A DNA stretch of 63,815 bases, filler included, from an uncultured bacterium (GTDB lineage: Bacteria > B130-G9), in NCBI GenBank assembly GCA_965372715.1. It is 3 parts of 3 records of this genome, joined end to end, with 100 filler letters (N's around TTAATTAATTAA, not from the genome) between each part and the next. Parts side by side here need not be neighbours in the genome. Positions count along the whole stretch, not along the records: positions 1 to 30,289 come from CBDVDH010000049.1; positions 30,390 to 59,894 come from CBDVDH010000050.1; 1 more part is not named here. One strand, given 5' to 3'. Positions within the stretch are counted from its first letter, which is position 1; the number at the start of each line of letters is the position of its first letter. Below are positions 28,361 to 38,508 of the stretch, piece after piece. A program made the translations under genes and the position numbers. The notes under the pieces were generated by a model. The model saw only the letters and a program-made list of their open reading frames with translations. It did not search any database and was not told the origin of the DNA.

Positions 28361-28519
28361 TGCGAGCGATGTTTGCTGTTGAATTGAGTCGCCCCCACCA
28401 GCCGTTGAGACTACAAAGAGAGCCTGCAAGCCAATTACCCAGCCTCCGTGTGCCGTAGGGGATCACCGCCTTGCGGGGTGAATCCCACGAGGCGTTGATG
28501 GAGACTACCCTCCGCTGAT

Positions 28520-28717
28520 ATGCTGCTCGTCATGGTGCATCAGAAATTGCCCCAACAGGCTCCTGAGAATGTGCCGCCGGACACGCTGCATCCGGTTCTG
28601 CACTGGTCGCGGCGGCTTCTCAAGTTTGTCATGGCGGTCGTTTTGATTCCCCCGGTGCTGCTGGCTGTTTTGGTCTATTTTTCCGTCTGGAAAGCGATTG
28701 CGAAATGCCGGCGCTAG
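28520..28717 (+). CDS. Possible small membrane protein
   Basis: One hydrophobic segment; overlaps the start of the next gene. Confidence 0.3.
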   Translation: MLLVMVHQKLPQQAPENVPPDTLHPVLHWSRRLLKFVMAVVLIPPVLLAVLVYFSVWKAIAKCRR

Positions 28718-30289
28718 CAGCTTATGTCGGCTTGTGCGTCTGGGTGGTCCTCGCGCAGGGATTATTCCCAATCTACAACACGCTGCTGGACCTCGCCCTG
28801 CTCGTCGCAGCGCTCACTCCGGGCCTGATCATGCTTGCCCGGCGGCACCTCGACCAGACGCTCCTGACGTTCGGCATCACGTTGTCGGGCGCGGCGCTCA
28901 TTCTTCGGTTCGCGGCCCGGCTGCTCGGCCTCCTCCGCTGGGACGGGCATCAGGCAGTTGGGCCGCTTTGCCTCGCGCATTTCACTGCCTTTGTCCTGGG
29001 GCTGCTGTTCACGTTCGCCGTATTCACTCGTCGAGGCTTCCAAGTCCGAGTGGCGTCAGCCGTGCTTTTCGGTTTTCTGCTGATTCTGGGCGCGGGGATA
29101 ACCGCGCCGGACTTCATGGTGGACGTCCAGCTCAAATACGCGATAGGGCGCGCGATTGAGGCGCGGCGAGGCATGGAGCGAATCATTCAGACGTTCGGGA
29201 ACGTCGCGGGCGGTGAGCGGCTGGATGATTCGGTCCGTAAGTGCTCGCAGTTCGACCTCTTGAGCCTGCCTCGCCTCCAACTTGAGAGCCTGTCGGAACG
29301 GTTCTTCGACAGCCAGCTCGCCGACGACGCCAGGCTTGTGGCCGATCTCCTCTTGGGGCCCAAGACCAGGGACGAGGCGCTTGTCGGACTGGAGCCGCTC
29401 TTGCTCTCTCGCCGGCTCGAGTTTGAGGTCGAGGACTGGACTGCGCTTAGGCTGAGCAAATGGCCCCTGCTCTTTAGGTCTCAGAGCCTCTGGCGTGAGA
29501 TGCTCTTTGGTGTCACCGAGCGACGGATGCGCGAGGGCAAGCTCGCTGACGCCGAGGCGGCGCTCAATGCTGTGATCACGTCAGGACATGGGGCGGACGG
29601 CGCCAAGGCCATTGGGATGCTGCTTGGTATGTACCACGGCGTCCTGGGAGATGTCGAGGGCGGCCTCGTGTGTCTGGGGCGGGTGCTTGAGGCGGTTCCA
29701 GAGTATGCCTTTCTACCCGCCGCTCGTGACGCGTTCGGTCAGTTTGATGAGAACACGCGTCGAAGGCTTAAACTGATCGCGTCCACTCAGGATGTTGCCC
29801 CTGTCACAGCTCTGGCTCACTTGAGGCTCTTCTTCTCGGCGAAGCGCTCCTCGGACGAGGCAAGCGCGTCGCGGCATCTGGACGATGTCATGCAGCTTGC
29901 GAACGGGCCGCTGGCGAGGCTGGAGCTAGGCTTGAGGCTTCACCAAAGGGCGAAAAAAGTAGATGGGGCCGCTGGCCTACAGCTCTTAAGAGCGGGCATG
30001 GAGCTCTGCGACGGACTCGAGGCTCCATTCCTGCTGCTGGCGTCGCAGCTGGACGTGCCGGATGAGCTCTCTGACCTCCCTGAGATCGCGCTCCGTCGGC
30101 TGGTCACGCTTCACGAGGAGAGCATATTCTGGCGCGATGGGCTAGAACGGCTCGTGGAGTTACTGCGGACACAGGGCAGACATCAAGAAGCGAACGAGCT
30201 GCTCGTAACGCATTCTGAACACCTTGACCTTCTCTCCGGCGACGACCTTGCGCGAGGCGCCGTAGGGGCGGCTCACGAGCCGCCCTCCT
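28705..30289 (+). CDS. Membrane protein with helical/TPR-like C-terminus, truncated at gap
   Basis: About 5 N-terminal TM helices; runs through a REP (30262-30289) into Ns. Confidence 0.6.
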
Positions 30290-30389
30290 NNNNNNNNNNN
30301 NNNNNNNNNNNNNNNNNNNNNNNNNNNNNNNNNTTAATTAATTAANNNNNNNNNNNNNNNNNNNNNNNNNNNNNNNNNNNNNNNNNNNN
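30290..30389. other. Assembly gap with artificial all-frame stop linker
   Basis: N44-TTAATTAATTAA-N44. Confidence 0.95.
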
Positions 30390-30447
30390 CCGCCCTTCCT
30401 TGATCTGACCGAACGCACATCAAGGGCGGGGCAAGCACCGCCCCTAC
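30390..30447. repeat. Family A REPIN truncated by gap
   Basis: ccgccctt...accgaacgca...aagggcggggcaagcaccgcccctac. Confidence 0.85.
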
Positions 30448-30504
30448 AAGAACATGCAAATACCCGTGACTCAAATCCATTTCGATAAGTCCAAGACCGC
30501 TCCG

Positions 30505-31338
30505 CTAAACCGGCGTGAGCTCAAGAGAACCGCTCTCTGGCTCAACGCCTAGCTCAAGCCGAAGCTTCTCGACGTCGGCCTCACCCAACAGCTTGAGCCT
30601 TATCTTGAACGAATTCCTCCGCTGGACGGCGGCCACGAGCGAGAACTTGATCAGCTCTAAGAGCGCAAGAAAGAAAGCCAACTTCTCCTCAACGTCGCGG
30701 GCGTGCGAAAAGACCTCACGCATCGACACCGACTGCTTTTCCTTCAATATCCCGACCATCTTCACGACCGTCTCCGCAATCGAATACTTCTCCCGCGAAA
30801 TATACTGAACCTGCTCCGCCTCGTCCCGCGTCAGCAATCCCACAAACGAAAGCGCCAGATCGACGACGCTCGCGCCGACTATATCGTCCTCCTCCTTCTC
30901 CGCATACTCGCAGGAATCTCCAGAAAACCACAACGCACGCCGACTCTGCTCCTTCTCCGCGAGCCCCTCAGCCATCGCCCGCGCCTCCTCATACTGAAGT
31001 ATCCGCTGAACCAGAACCGCCGACGGCTGCGCAAGCTCATCCTCGAGCTCGTCGTCCTCGTATGAACCAGGCAGCAGAAGCCGAGATTTCAGATACAGCA
31101 AGTTCGCCGTCAGAAGCATCGCCTCCCCGGCGGCATCGAGATCGTGGGCTCTCTTGGTCAGGAACTTGGCTAGATTCTTCACGATGCCCAAAACCGAGAT
31201 AGAAAGCAGGTCGAGCTCCTCCTGCTTGACCAGATACACAAAGAGGTCCAGCGGGCCAGAGTAGTTCTGGACGTGAACCCGAAACTCAGATGCAGGTTGA
31301 TGTAGGGGCGGTGCTTGCCCCGCCCTATTCCCTACCAC
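30505..31338 (-). CDS. scpA: Segregation and condensation protein A
   Basis: YSGPLDL, LYLKSRLLLP, FFLALLELIK; follows trpS. Confidence 0.9.
   Translation of the reverse strand: MVGNRAGQAPPLHQPASEFRVHVQNYSGPLDLFVYLVKQEELDLLSISVLGIVKNLAKFLTKRAHDLDAAGEAMLLTANLLYLKSRLLLPGSYEDDELEDELAQPSAVLVQRILQYEEARAMAEGLAEKEQSRRALWFSGDSCEYAEKEEDDIVGASVVDLALSFVGLLTRDEAEQVQYISREKYSIAETVVKMVGILKEKQSVSMREVFSHARDVEEKLAFFLALLELIKFSLVAAVQRRNSFKIRLKLLGEADVEKLRLELGVEPESGSLELTPV
31302..31326 (+). repeat. Family A REP inside the scpA 5' end
   Basis: gtaggggcggtgcttgccccgccct. Confidence 0.85.
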
Positions 31339-32312
31339 AGGCCCACCGCCTTCCTTACCTCGCGCATCGTCGCCTCGGCCGCCGCGCTCGCCGCCTCCCG
31401 GCCCTTGCGCAGCATCGCGTCCAGATAGCCCGGATCCCCCTCAATCCGCCTCCTTACCTCCCGCGGGCCAGAAAGCGCCTCGATCACGTTCTCCGTCAGC
31501 ATCTTCTTGCAGTCAACGCACCCGATTGAGGCGTCTGCGCACTCGGCCTTGATCCTCGCGTTGGTCTCAGCATCCGTGAAGCACTTGTGAAACTCATAAA
31601 CGTTGCACTTCTCCGCGTCCCCGGGGTCTGAACGCCTCTTCCGCTCGGGGTTGCTGAACATCGTCGCAATCTTCTTGCGCAAAACGTCCGGCCCGTCGGA
31701 CATATATATACAATTGTTGTACGAGTTGCTCATCTTCCGACCGTCAGTGCCCGGCAGGTTCGGCGTCTTGGCATGCAGCGTCTTGGGGACCGGAAACACC
31801 TCGCCATAAAGCCGATTGAAACCGCGCGCAACTTCACGTGTGAGCTCAACGTGTGAAGCCTGGTCGAGGCCGACGGGAACTGCGTGTGCCCGATACATGA
31901 GGATATCTGCCGCCTGAAGGACGGGGTATCCGAGAAAGCCGAGCGTAACCAATGAGTGCGTCTCGTCCTCGCGCAGTCGCTCCTTGTAGGTCGGAACGCG
32001 ATACAGCCGGCCGAGCTGCGAGAACATCGAGAAGAGAACGTAAAGCTCCGAGTGCGCCGGTATATGCGACTGAACGAAGAGGTGGCTTTTCTCCGGGTCC
32101 AGACCAATGCTGAGCCAGTCGATGAATATCTCACGGCTGTATTCCGCCACCATAGCGGTGTCCTGATATTCTGTGGTCAAGGCGTGAAGGTCCGCGATGA
32201 AATAGAAGCACTCGTATTCGTCCTGAAGCGAGGCCCAGAACTCGAGCAGCTTGAGGTGCCCGATGTGAAGCCTACCCGACGCCCTATTCCCGCTCGCAAT
32301 AATCCTCTTCAA
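31332..32312 (-). CDS. trpS: Tryptophan--tRNA ligase
   Basis: HIGH, ADLHALT, YPVLQAADIL, VPVGLDQ, KMSNS; TTG start 32312 after GGAGA. Confidence 0.95.
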   Translation of the reverse strand: MKRIIASGNRASGRLHIGHLKLLEFWASLQDEYECFYFIADLHALTTEYQDTAMVAEYSREIFIDWLSIGLDPEKSHLFVQSHIPAHSELYVLFSMFSQLGRLYRVPTYKERLREDETHSLVTLGFLGYPVLQAADILMYRAHAVPVGLDQASHVELTREVARGFNRLYGEVFPVPKTLHAKTPNLPGTDGRKMSNSYNNCIYMSDGPDVLRKKIATMFSNPERKRRSDPGDAEKCNVYEFHKCFTDAETNARIKAECADASIGCVDCKKMLTENVIEALSGPREVRRRIEGDPGYLDAMLRKGREAASAAAEATMREVRKAVGLW

Positions 32313-32651
32313 CGCAATTATCTCTCCAAGAAAACAGCCAGAACCCGGCCATCTTGCGGCCTTCGCCGAACACAATCCGACCTCGCCCAAACTGCCTTCC
32401 CAACTCAAAGGGCAAGAACGGGCGAGTCAGCCAACCAGAATGCTATTGTATTGATCAGCCTGGCCCAAGTAAAGACCGTTTCCGATTCCTGCCCGGTTTC
32501 ATGCGCCAACCTATGGGAAGCTGACTAGCCCGAGGCCGAGGTCGTGATTTGTCCTGTGGTTGAAATTGACAAGCTGCATGAGGTAACATTGGACACGCCG
32601 GAAGGCTTCATTCCAACTAAATGCTGCTTCATCTGGGATACGGAGCTAGAT

Positions 32652-33431
32652 TTGAACTATTGGACTCAGCTGAGCATCGAATACGCCAACCAGCGTGCGT
32701 ATTTAGATGACTTGTTCCGGGTGTACCCGACGATTCCGGAAGCTATCAGAGATATAAGCGAACAGAAATGGGCAGAGATAGAGGAAGCCTTCAAGCGCCA
32801 ACGCAATGTTGATCTTTTGGGGGCTCTCTTGGACCTCGATCTGTTTCCCATGAAGGATTCATATGTCGCATACTTGAGAAGAGACCCGTCAGCGATCGAA
32901 CGTAATCCCGCAACTGTCAATAGACTGTCCGGTAGGCTGTATGAGATGGGCCTGGAGGCGATCTATGAGAGATGCAGCGAGCCCAAGGAGACTAACAGGC
33001 GAATGGGGCAGCTGTTCCGGGAATGGCTTGGCAAGGGGGTTCTTGGCGTCAAGTTCCTGAACGCCGATTCAATGCTGTCAACGTCGGAAGATGCTATTCT
33101 CGAAGGTAGCGACCAACAGCTGAAGCAGTTTGCGAAAGAGCAAACGGGCTATTCACGCGACAAGGGCTTGGATTTTGTGGGGAGATTCAATGGCAAGTAT
33201 ATCATTGGTGAGGCGAAGTTTCTCACTGATTTCGGGGGGCACCAGCAGGCTCAGTTTCAGGATGCAGTTGCGCTGTTTGATCAGAAGGCTCTAGACGCCA
33301 TCACCGTCGCCATCCTTGATGGTGTGCTCTATATGCCGAGAAACACGAAGATGCACAGGTTCTTGCGGCAGCACAACGAATACAACGTATTGAGCGCTTT
33401 GGTTCTCAGAGATTTCCTATATCAAGTGTAA
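32652..33431 (+). CDS. Type II restriction endonuclease, probably Tsp45I family
   Basis: PD-(D/E)xK-like KGLDF...IGEAKFLTDFGGHQ; N-terminus resembles the Tsp45I family from memory; adjacent MTase; TTG start after GGAG. Confidence 0.7.
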   Translation: MNYWTQLSIEYANQRAYLDDLFRVYPTIPEAIRDISEQKWAEIEEAFKRQRNVDLLGALLDLDLFPMKDSYVAYLRRDPSAIERNPATVNRLSGRLYEMGLEAIYERCSEPKETNRRMGQLFREWLGKGVLGVKFLNADSMLSTSEDAILEGSDQQLKQFAKEQTGYSRDKGLDFVGRFNGKYIIGEAKFLTDFGGHQQAQFQDAVALFDQKALDAITVAILDGVLYMPRNTKMHRFLRQHNEYNVLSALVLRDFLYQV

Positions 33432-33440
33432 GTGATTTGC

Positions 33441-34580
33441 ATGTTCCTTGAGTATCAGAACAAGACATCAAGAGGGAACATACTGGCCAAGAGACATCAG
33501 TCCCGCATCCGGCACGAGAATGGCGGCGGAAGCTCCAAGAAAAAGCTGATTCACGGGGAGAACTCCGAAGTGCTGCGACACTTGATCGGTGATCGCAGTG
33601 TGTGTGGGGCTGTTGACTTGGTTTACATCGACCCACCATTCTCGACCAATACGGTCTTCAGAATAGGACAATCGAGGGCCAACACGGTCAGCTCGAGCCG
33701 TTCCGATCGTGCCGCCTACACGGACCTAGTGACGGGCTCGGAGTTCATCGAATTCATGCGGGAACGCCTGATATTGATAAGGGAGCTCATGTCAACAACC
33801 GCGACCATTTACTTGCACATAGACTACAAGATCGGACATTACGTGAAGGTCATGATGGACGAAGTGTTCGGCGCTGACTGTTTCAGGAGCGACATCGCGA
33901 GAATCAAGTGTAATCCCAAGAACTTCAAGCGCAGGGCTTATGGCAACGTCAAGGACTTGATTCTATTCTACACGAAATCCGCTCAATATGTCTGGAATGA
34001 ACCGAGAGCAGAATTCGCAGAGGATGATGTCATGAGGCTGTTCAAGAAAGTTGACGAGAGCGGCAGGCGCTACACGACCGTGCCTCTACATGCGCCAGGC
34101 GAAACGCAAAATGGTCCAACGGGCCGGCCCTGGAAAGGCATCCCACCTCCGAAAGGCAGGCACTGGCGCAGCGACCCGAAAGTCCTTGATGAGCTAGATA
34201 GCGAGGGGCTAATCGAGTGGTCGTCAACGGGAGTGCCCAGAAAGAAAATATATGCCGACGAGGCTAACGGGAAGCGTTTGCAGGATATCTGGGAGTTCAA
34301 GGACCCACAATACCCATCCTATCCTACGCAGAAGAACCTGGATATGCTGAAGCTCATGATCTCCACTTCGTCAAACAAGGGCGACCTTGTGCTGGATTGC
34401 TTCTGCGGGTCTGGGACAACGCTATTGGCCGCCGAGGAGCTGGGCAGGAACTGGATCGGCGTGGATCAATCAGAGGAAGCAATAGCGGTTGCGAGGCGCA
34501 GATTGGATGAAATACCGGAGACGGTATTTCAGAAAAAGCTGGATTACGATTTTCTGAGGGTCGCGCCCTCTGATGGATAG
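33441..34580 (+). CDS. Beta-class amino-DNA methyltransferase
   Basis: YIDPPF near N-terminus, YPTQK, LDCFCGSGTT near C-terminus. Confidence 0.92.
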   Translation: MFLEYQNKTSRGNILAKRHQSRIRHENGGGSSKKKLIHGENSEVLRHLIGDRSVCGAVDLVYIDPPFSTNTVFRIGQSRANTVSSSRSDRAAYTDLVTGSEFIEFMRERLILIRELMSTTATIYLHIDYKIGHYVKVMMDEVFGADCFRSDIARIKCNPKNFKRRAYGNVKDLILFYTKSAQYVWNEPRAEFAEDDVMRLFKKVDESGRRYTTVPLHAPGETQNGPTGRPWKGIPPPKGRHWRSDPKVLDELDSEGLIEWSSTGVPRKKIYADEANGKRLQDIWEFKDPQYPSYPTQKNLDMLKLMISTSSNKGDLVLDCFCGSGTTLLAAEELGRNWIGVDQSEEAIAVARRRLDEIPETVFQKKLDYDFLRVAPSDG

Positions 34581-35142
34581 GTGCGACTGGGCCACCAGCA
34601 GGATACTGATAGAGTATCACGATAAGGAATGGGGCGTTTTTACACTAGACGAGAGAACGCATTTCGAGCAGCTATGCCTCAGCGGTCTTCAAGCAGGGCT
34701 CAGCTGGGAAATAATCCTGAAGAAGCGAGACTTCCTGAGAAATGCGTTCGCTGGGTTTGTTCCGGAAGAAGTGGTGGCCTTCGGCGATGACAGAGCGGGG
34801 CGAATAATCAGAGACCCAAGAGGCATTAGAAATCGCCGGAAAGTCCAGTCCGTGATCAACAACGCCAAAAGAGTCCTTGAGATTAAGGAGAGCCACCAAT
34901 CATTTCCCGAACACGTTTTTGATGTTATCGGTGGCAGAATAAGAACCGCCAACTGGATCTGCTGGGAGGACGTTCCTTCCTGGACCAGAGAGTCCCAAAC
35001 GCTGAGCGATCTTCTAAGGAAGGCTGGATTTACGTTCTTCGGCCCAACAATTGCATACGCCTACATGCAGTCAGTAGGTTTCGTGAACGACCATATTGTC
35101 ACTTGCTTCAGGCGAGACTCCCTGACTCTCCCCCCAGGCTGA
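34573..35142 (+). CDS. tag: DNA-3-methyladenine glycosylase I family
   Basis: RCxW, YHDxEWG, QAGLSW, IRNRRK, GPTIAYAYMQSVGFVNDH...CF. Confidence 0.9.
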   Translation: MDRCDWATSRILIEYHDKEWGVFTLDERTHFEQLCLSGLQAGLSWEIILKKRDFLRNAFAGFVPEEVVAFGDDRAGRIIRDPRGIRNRRKVQSVINNAKRVLEIKESHQSFPEHVFDVIGGRIRTANWICWEDVPSWTRESQTLSDLLRKAGFTFFGPTIAYAYMQSVGFVNDHIVTCFRRDSLTLPPG

Positions 35143-35254
35143 TCATTCGCCCCAGAGGGTCCACATATTGGCCTTTGAGAAGAGGGAGAATGCCTGGCCC
35201 TTGATGCGTGATCTTCCGGCGTAGGTGGGTTCGCCGTGCTGCTCAGCGAGTCTG

Positions 35255-35277
35255 GTAACGTAGCGCTTCAGCGCGTT
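35255..35277 (+). repeat. REP-like hairpin with TTCA core
   Basis: gtaacgtagcgcttcagcgcgtt. Confidence 0.4.
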
Positions 35278-35443
35278 AAGCGCAGCGGCGCCTCCGGCTG
35301 CCTGCCGAGAGAGGGCTTGAGCGGCGATGCGTTCGTTAAGGGGACGAACTCCGTGCGGCAAGGTTATCCAGGAACCGGAGGCACCTTGCGCGAGGCCTGC
35401 CTGCTGCTTTGATTTGGGGGCAATAGGATGTAGTCTTGGGCTT

Positions 35444-36496
35444 ATGAGAGCTGCGAAGGCACTGTTGAGGACTGCGAAGTATCACGTCAGAGACCGCGTC
35501 GGAACGCTGAGGCCGCGGAAGCTGAGGCTGGCTGTTACGTCGCGGTGCAACGCGAGGTGCTCGATGTGCAACGCCTGGCAGAAGCCGCTCGGACGGGAGC
35601 TTTCGCTCGACGACTATGGGCGGATGTTTAACGAGAGCGCGAGGTTCCTCTGGAAGATCAAGCACGTCTCGTTCACGGGCGGCGAGCCGACGCTACGGGA
35701 TGACCTCGGCAACCTCGTGAAATCGGTCACGGAGCATTTCCCCGGCGCCTCGATCAACATCAACACGAATGCTCTCCTGGTGAAACGGCTCGATCAAATG
35801 ACGCGTAAGATACTGTCGTTCAGGGATCAGCTTATGATGATCGTCTCGCTGGACGGGCTGGGGGAGGTTCACGACAAGGTCCGGGGCGTCCCGGGCGCGT
35901 TTGAGAAGGCGAATGCTGCCGTGGAATCGCTGCTTTCGCTAAGCAGAGAACTCGGCCCCAAGAGGCTGAGGGTCGAGGTCAACTACACTGCCACCGACGA
36001 GAGTTGCGAGCAGTATGAGCCAATGCTTGATTATTGCGTGCAGAAGGGCATCCACCTCAACCTCGTCATCCCGATGTCGGGCGTGATCTACCGCAGGGAG
36101 GACGAGGCGCCGGCGCTTGGGTGCGAGCAGGCAGCGGAGCTCGCGACCGTTCTTAGGAGGCAGCTCGCGGCGAACTACAACCTGAAGCGAGCGATCATAC
36201 TTGACCTTCTCGAGGGCAAGGGTCGGCAATTCGACTGCTGGGCGGGGCGGCTCATCGTCTTCGTCGATGCCGACGGGACATTCTATCCGAACAGCAGCTG
36301 CCCCGCCAGGTTCAGAATGGGGAACGTTTTTGAGGACGGTTTCGATTTGGCGAGGATATTCCGCTCTGACCTCGGAAGAAAAGTGATCGATCAGGCGCGG
36401 ACGTGCCGCGACTGTCAAGTGGCCTGTGAGACGGGCACAACGCTCAGACTGCCCGAGGCATGGTATGCCCATAGGCGCCGGACCAGAGGGGTCTGA
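35444..36496 (+). CDS. Radical SAM protein with SPASM/twitch-like C-terminus
   Basis: CNARCSMC, TGGEP, SLDG, CWAG...C...CRDCQVAC. Confidence 0.9.
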   Translation: MRAAKALLRTAKYHVRDRVGTLRPRKLRLAVTSRCNARCSMCNAWQKPLGRELSLDDYGRMFNESARFLWKIKHVSFTGGEPTLRDDLGNLVKSVTEHFPGASININTNALLVKRLDQMTRKILSFRDQLMMIVSLDGLGEVHDKVRGVPGAFEKANAAVESLLSLSRELGPKRLRVEVNYTATDESCEQYEPMLDYCVQKGIHLNLVIPMSGVIYRREDEAPALGCEQAAELATVLRRQLAANYNLKRAIILDLLEGKGRQFDCWAGRLIVFVDADGTFYPNSSCPARFRMGNVFEDGFDLARIFRSDLGRKVIDQARTCRDCQVACETGTTLRLPEAWYAHRRRTRGV

Positions 36497-36506
36497 TGTC
36501 CGGAGG

Positions 36507-36588
36507 GCGGTTGGCAGTTGGCGGGCTGGCAGGTTGGCGGTTGGCAGTTGGCAGTTGGCGGTTGGCAGGCTGGAAAGCCCGCCCCACA
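36507..36588. repeat. TTGGCRG heptamer array abutting a GTGG-type REP (family C)
   Basis: (ttggcag/ttggcgg)n then ggcaggctggaaagcccgccccaca. Confidence 0.85.
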
Positions 36589-36609
36589 CCGGGTCAACGT
36601 GGACGCTGA

Positions 36610-37617
36610 ATGATGCGACTTAAAAGAGTCGTGAAGAGACTCAGAAGGCGATACAAAGCCGTTAGCCGCTCGGTCAGGTATTGGTTCGGTGCGCAGATAC
36701 TCAGAGCATTGTTGGCCGTGCTGCCATTGTTCCCACTCACATTCTTGGAGCGGGTTGCGAGATCAATGGGCAGCATCGCCTGGCGCGTTATGAGGCGGAA
36801 TCGGGAGCTCGCGCTGTGTAACTTGAGGCTCGCCTTCCCGGACAAATCTGACAGCGAACGGCTGCTCATAAGCAAGAAGGTGGCGCGTGCGCTCATTGTG
36901 AATGTGTTTCAGATTGCCTGGATGATGGGCCGTCGTGAACAGATGGAGGAGCTCATCGAGGTCGAAGGGCTTGAACACATTGAAAATGCTCTCAAAAAGG
37001 GCAATGGCGCGATACTACTGGGCGCGCATTTCGGGAACTTCATCCTGCAATGCCTCCGGCTCGGGTCTGAGAGCTTCACGTTTTCCACGATCGTCAACAT
37101 GCCGAAGGCTGACAGGTTATCTGCGATTATCACTCAGCGAGCGAACGAGATGGGCCTCAACATCATCGCGAGAAGGCACGCTTGGGCCGCGACAAGGGAG
37201 ACACTCAGGCGGCTGAAGAACAACGAGGTGGTGTGTGTGATTGCCGATGAGGAGGCGCGGAAGGACGGGGTGTTCGTCGATTTCTTCGGCTATCAAGTCC
37301 CAACCCCGAAGGGACCTGCGTTGCTGGCCGTGCGTTCCGGCGCCGCGGTTCTCCCGACGTTCATTTATCGGTTTCCCGGAGCGCGGCAGAGGATTGTCGT
37401 GGAACCGCCGGTTGAGATACCGCGAGATGATACAGCGGACGCGGTTCAAAGCGCCACGGCGATCGTGACGAAAGTCATCGAAAAAGTCGTGCGCAAGTAT
37501 CCCGAGGAATGGGCGTGGATAACGCACAGATGGCGGAAACGGCGAGGCGAGCGGGCCAGCGACGACCGGATCTCAGAGAGAACATCGGCGCAGCGGCCCG
37601 CTGAAAAAAACGGCTAA
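36610..37617 (+). CDS. LpxL/HtrB-family lipid A acyltransferase
   Basis: NLRLAFP, EGLEH, AHFGN, FVDFFG, PEEWAWITHRW. Confidence 0.85.
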   Translation: MMRLKRVVKRLRRRYKAVSRSVRYWFGAQILRALLAVLPLFPLTFLERVARSMGSIAWRVMRRNRELALCNLRLAFPDKSDSERLLISKKVARALIVNVFQIAWMMGRREQMEELIEVEGLEHIENALKKGNGAILLGAHFGNFILQCLRLGSESFTFSTIVNMPKADRLSAIITQRANEMGLNIIARRHAWAATRETLRRLKNNEVVCVIADEEARKDGVFVDFFGYQVPTPKGPALLAVRSGAAVLPTFIYRFPGARQRIVVEPPVEIPRDDTADAVQSATAIVTKVIEKVVRKYPEEWAWITHRWRKRRGERASDDRISERTSAQRPAEKNG

Positions 37618-37737
37618 CAGTCCGATTGCGGCAAGCGCGCGTGAGCCGTCCTGACCGTTAAGGAACAAGACCATTCCCGCGAATGTTCTAGTAATAGATA
37701 GAATGTTAGAAATACGTGAAGATGGGAGGCGCGCGCC

Positions 37738-38508
37738 GTGGCGAAGCTCAAACGGATATGGCACAAGTTAGTCTATAAAGGCGTCGAGGATGGGATGTTG
37801 GCTGAAAAGGCCGGACAGGCGCTGATGAACCTTGGTCTCAGCTCTCTGAATCGTCAGGAGCTCGCCGAAGTGTTCGCGGAAGACGGTGAGCTGCCGATTG
37901 AGGCGACGGTGATTGACGCTGAGCTGCTTCGAGAGAACTTCGCTCGGATCGGCTTTGACGCGGAAGTCGTTCGGGACACGGGCGCATCCGCGGAGAGTCC
38001 CTATGTTGAAGTCAAAAGGAACAGTGAGAAAGTAGTCTCCGGCGTGGGCTTGACCGGCGTTGTGAGTTTCGGAATTGTATGGACCGTCGCGCTGTTCTTG
38101 GTTTTTGTGCCGATTCCCTTTATCAGCGTGTTTGCCCTGTCGGTCAATTTCTACTCATATCTGTGGCCGCTCTCGTTATTGATGAGTGCGGTTCTCACCG
38201 TTACTGGCGGCTATTTCGTTGGCTGTCTCATGGCCGTTTACAATTACAAGTTCCTTATGGGTTTGCTTATAGGGATTGTCGTCGGAGTGATTCAGGTAGC
38301 GTGTCTCGCAGGGTCTGGCTCGATGGCAACACCGGTGTTTGGCTCAATGTTGATTGGGGCTGATCAAAGCTTGAGAGCCTTAGGCACAGACTCGCTGGCC
38401 GTGGATGCGAGGCCACAAGCAAGACGACTGCTGTCAAAACCCCTTTTATACTTCATCTGTGCTCACTTGATGGCACTTGCCGTAACACTACCTTCCAGGT
38501 TCATTTGA
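37738..38508 (+). CDS. Hypothetical membrane protein
   Basis: GGGAGG RBS; about 4 TM helices in C-terminal half. Confidence 0.6.
   Translation: MAKLKRIWHKLVYKGVEDGMLAEKAGQALMNLGLSSLNRQELAEVFAEDGELPIEATVIDAELLRENFARIGFDAEVVRDTGASAESPYVEVKRNSEKVVSGVGLTGVVSFGIVWTVALFLVFVPIPFISVFALSVNFYSYLWPLSLLMSAVLTVTGGYFVGCLMAVYNYKFLMGLLIGIVVGVIQVACLAGSGSMATPVFGSMLIGADQSLRALGTDSLAVDARPQARRLLSKPLLYFICAHLMALAVTLPSRFI

Noticed and set aside
30334-30345. TTAATTAATTAA palindrome (also at 59939-59950)
   Set aside because: It is centred in N runs both times, so it is an artificial linker
32420-32531. 12-bp imperfect inverted repeat GGGCGAGTCAGC / GCTGACTAGCCC upstream of the R-M genes
   Set aside because: Short, with no target duplication or matching right boundary; may be chance
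35143-35361. 72-aa minus-strand ORF after tag
   Set aside because: Includes a REP-like hairpin translation (NALKRYVT); no motif or RBS
36507-36588. Tandem repeats and REP clusters as a CRISPR array
   Set aside because: No constant 23-47-nt repeats with unique spacers, and no cas genes
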